Shown here one piece after another: positions 63,103-64,000 of a DNA stretch of 64,000 nt; the first letter of the stretch is position 1; each line of letters opens with the position of its first letter. The notes under the pieces are model-generated. The model was not told where the DNA came from. It was given only the letters and a program-made list of their open reading frames with translations, and did no database searches. Source of the DNA: Pseudovirgaria hyperparasitica (lineage: Eukaryota); the NCBI GenBank assembly GCA_010093815.1, contig ML996583.1; one strand, given 5' to 3'. The position numbers and the translations under genes are program-made.

Positions 63103-63987
63103 TCATCCCTCGACCTCGACCTCTACATCCTCTTTAGGCTCTCTTGGCTCCTGGGCTTCGTGGTACTGTATTGAGTCATCGATGTAGCTAAGGATCGCGC
63201 CGACGCTGTCTTCGTCTTGAACGTTGAGTTGTAGAAATGAAACCATGCTGAAATCATCGATGAGTTGAGCCACTGCTCGATTTAGTCTATCAAAGGAAGC
63301 TCCTGTCATGATATTGGTCGTGGCTGCAGGATCGTCAAACGACACCTCCGAGGCTTTTGATCTCTTTTTCGCAGCCTCCCCGTCATCTAGTAGGTTGACG
63401 TCTGGCGCCAGAAAGCGCTTAAGGTCTTTTCTCTTGATTGTTCCCTTGATAAGGTCCATCTTGCTGAGAATATTGACGTGGGGCATCTCTAACATGAGCA
63501 TGGCGCTCATAGCGGACAGCGTTCCAGAAAAGAATTTCGGCTTGTCAACTACGAATGTACTCTCGAGCAAATATGCCGCGCACATGTTTATATTCAGACT
63601 ACCGCGCATCAAGTGCTTGACCAGACTTGGTAGGACTGGCACATGGGTGTATAGCTCGATCTGGCCCGGCATATCTATTATGATGAGGTACTCTTCCGTG
63701 ACCTGTTCCAGCGGTATAGTAAGGAAGTCGAGATTCTCCAATAAGAATTCAAAGCAGTATATCAAGCCGCCGTTTGGACCCAGCGACATTTCTTCCATAA
63801 CATCGTCGAGAGATATAAGCTCTTTAATGTCAAGGTCTGGCTCGAAGGTGAATTCGGACGCGGCAGGATCTAGGTTGACGTAGAAGCATGATCGACGGTT
63901 CGCTCGCAGGTGTTCAATCAGGGCGGTGCAAAACGTTGTCTTGCCAGCACCGGCTGGGCCCATTACGACGACCCCGAACTTGCTCAT
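63103..63987 (-). CDS. GPN3: GPN-loop GTPase 3
   Basis: MGPAGAGKTTFC, VNLDPAA, SLGPNGGLIYCFEFL, IDMPGQIELYTH, QYHEAQEP; single exon. Confidence 0.94.
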   Translation of the reverse strand: MSKFGVVVMGPAGAGKTTFCTALIEHLRANRRSCFYVNLDPAASEFTFEPDLDIKELISLDDVMEEMSLGPNGGLIYCFEFLLENLDFLTIPLEQVTEEYLIIIDMPGQIELYTHVPVLPSLVKHLMRGSLNINMCAAYLLESTFVVDKPKFFSGTLSAMSAMLMLEMPHVNILSKMDLIKGTIKRKDLKRFLAPDVNLLDDGEAAKKRSKASEVSFDDPAATTNIMTGASFDRLNRAVAQLIDDFSMVSFLQLNVQDEDSVGAILSYIDDSIQYHEAQEPREPKEDVEVEVEG

Positions 63988-64000
63988 AGTGGACGGTGGG

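Overview
Eukaryotic, intron-containing, gene-dense DNA from a filamentous ascomycete (Pezizomycotina; class not determinable from sequence alone). About 24 protein genes plus an initiator tRNA-Met. Mostly housekeeping: MCM2 (3' end), NIF3, BolA, COG6, ATG9, formamidase with its upstream usgS-like gene, INP1, RQC2/NEMF, coatomer zeta, a PPR-like protein, an RTG2-like Ppx/GppA protein, a HAM1-like protein, malic enzyme, kinesin-10, a DAL5-like MFS permease and GPN3. Two accessory patches stand out. (1) A ~6.7 kb island (17.7-24.4 kb) of degenerate, partly RIP-like DNA carries one intact gene with an intronless CDS, encoding a bacterial-type RelA/SpoT (small alarmone synthetase-like) pyrophosphotransferase. 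Its ATP/Mg motifs are intact but two acceptor-site residues are altered, and it has a long ATG-depleted leader with one uORF. This is the best candidate for an undescribed system. (2) A 53.2-56.4 kb patch holds a small secreted Cys-rich protein and gene relics, including a decayed GMC oxidoreductase motif. The window also shows about ten strand-independent C/A-to-G/T skew switches, several inside exons. All family calls are by eye from motifs; no database search was run.
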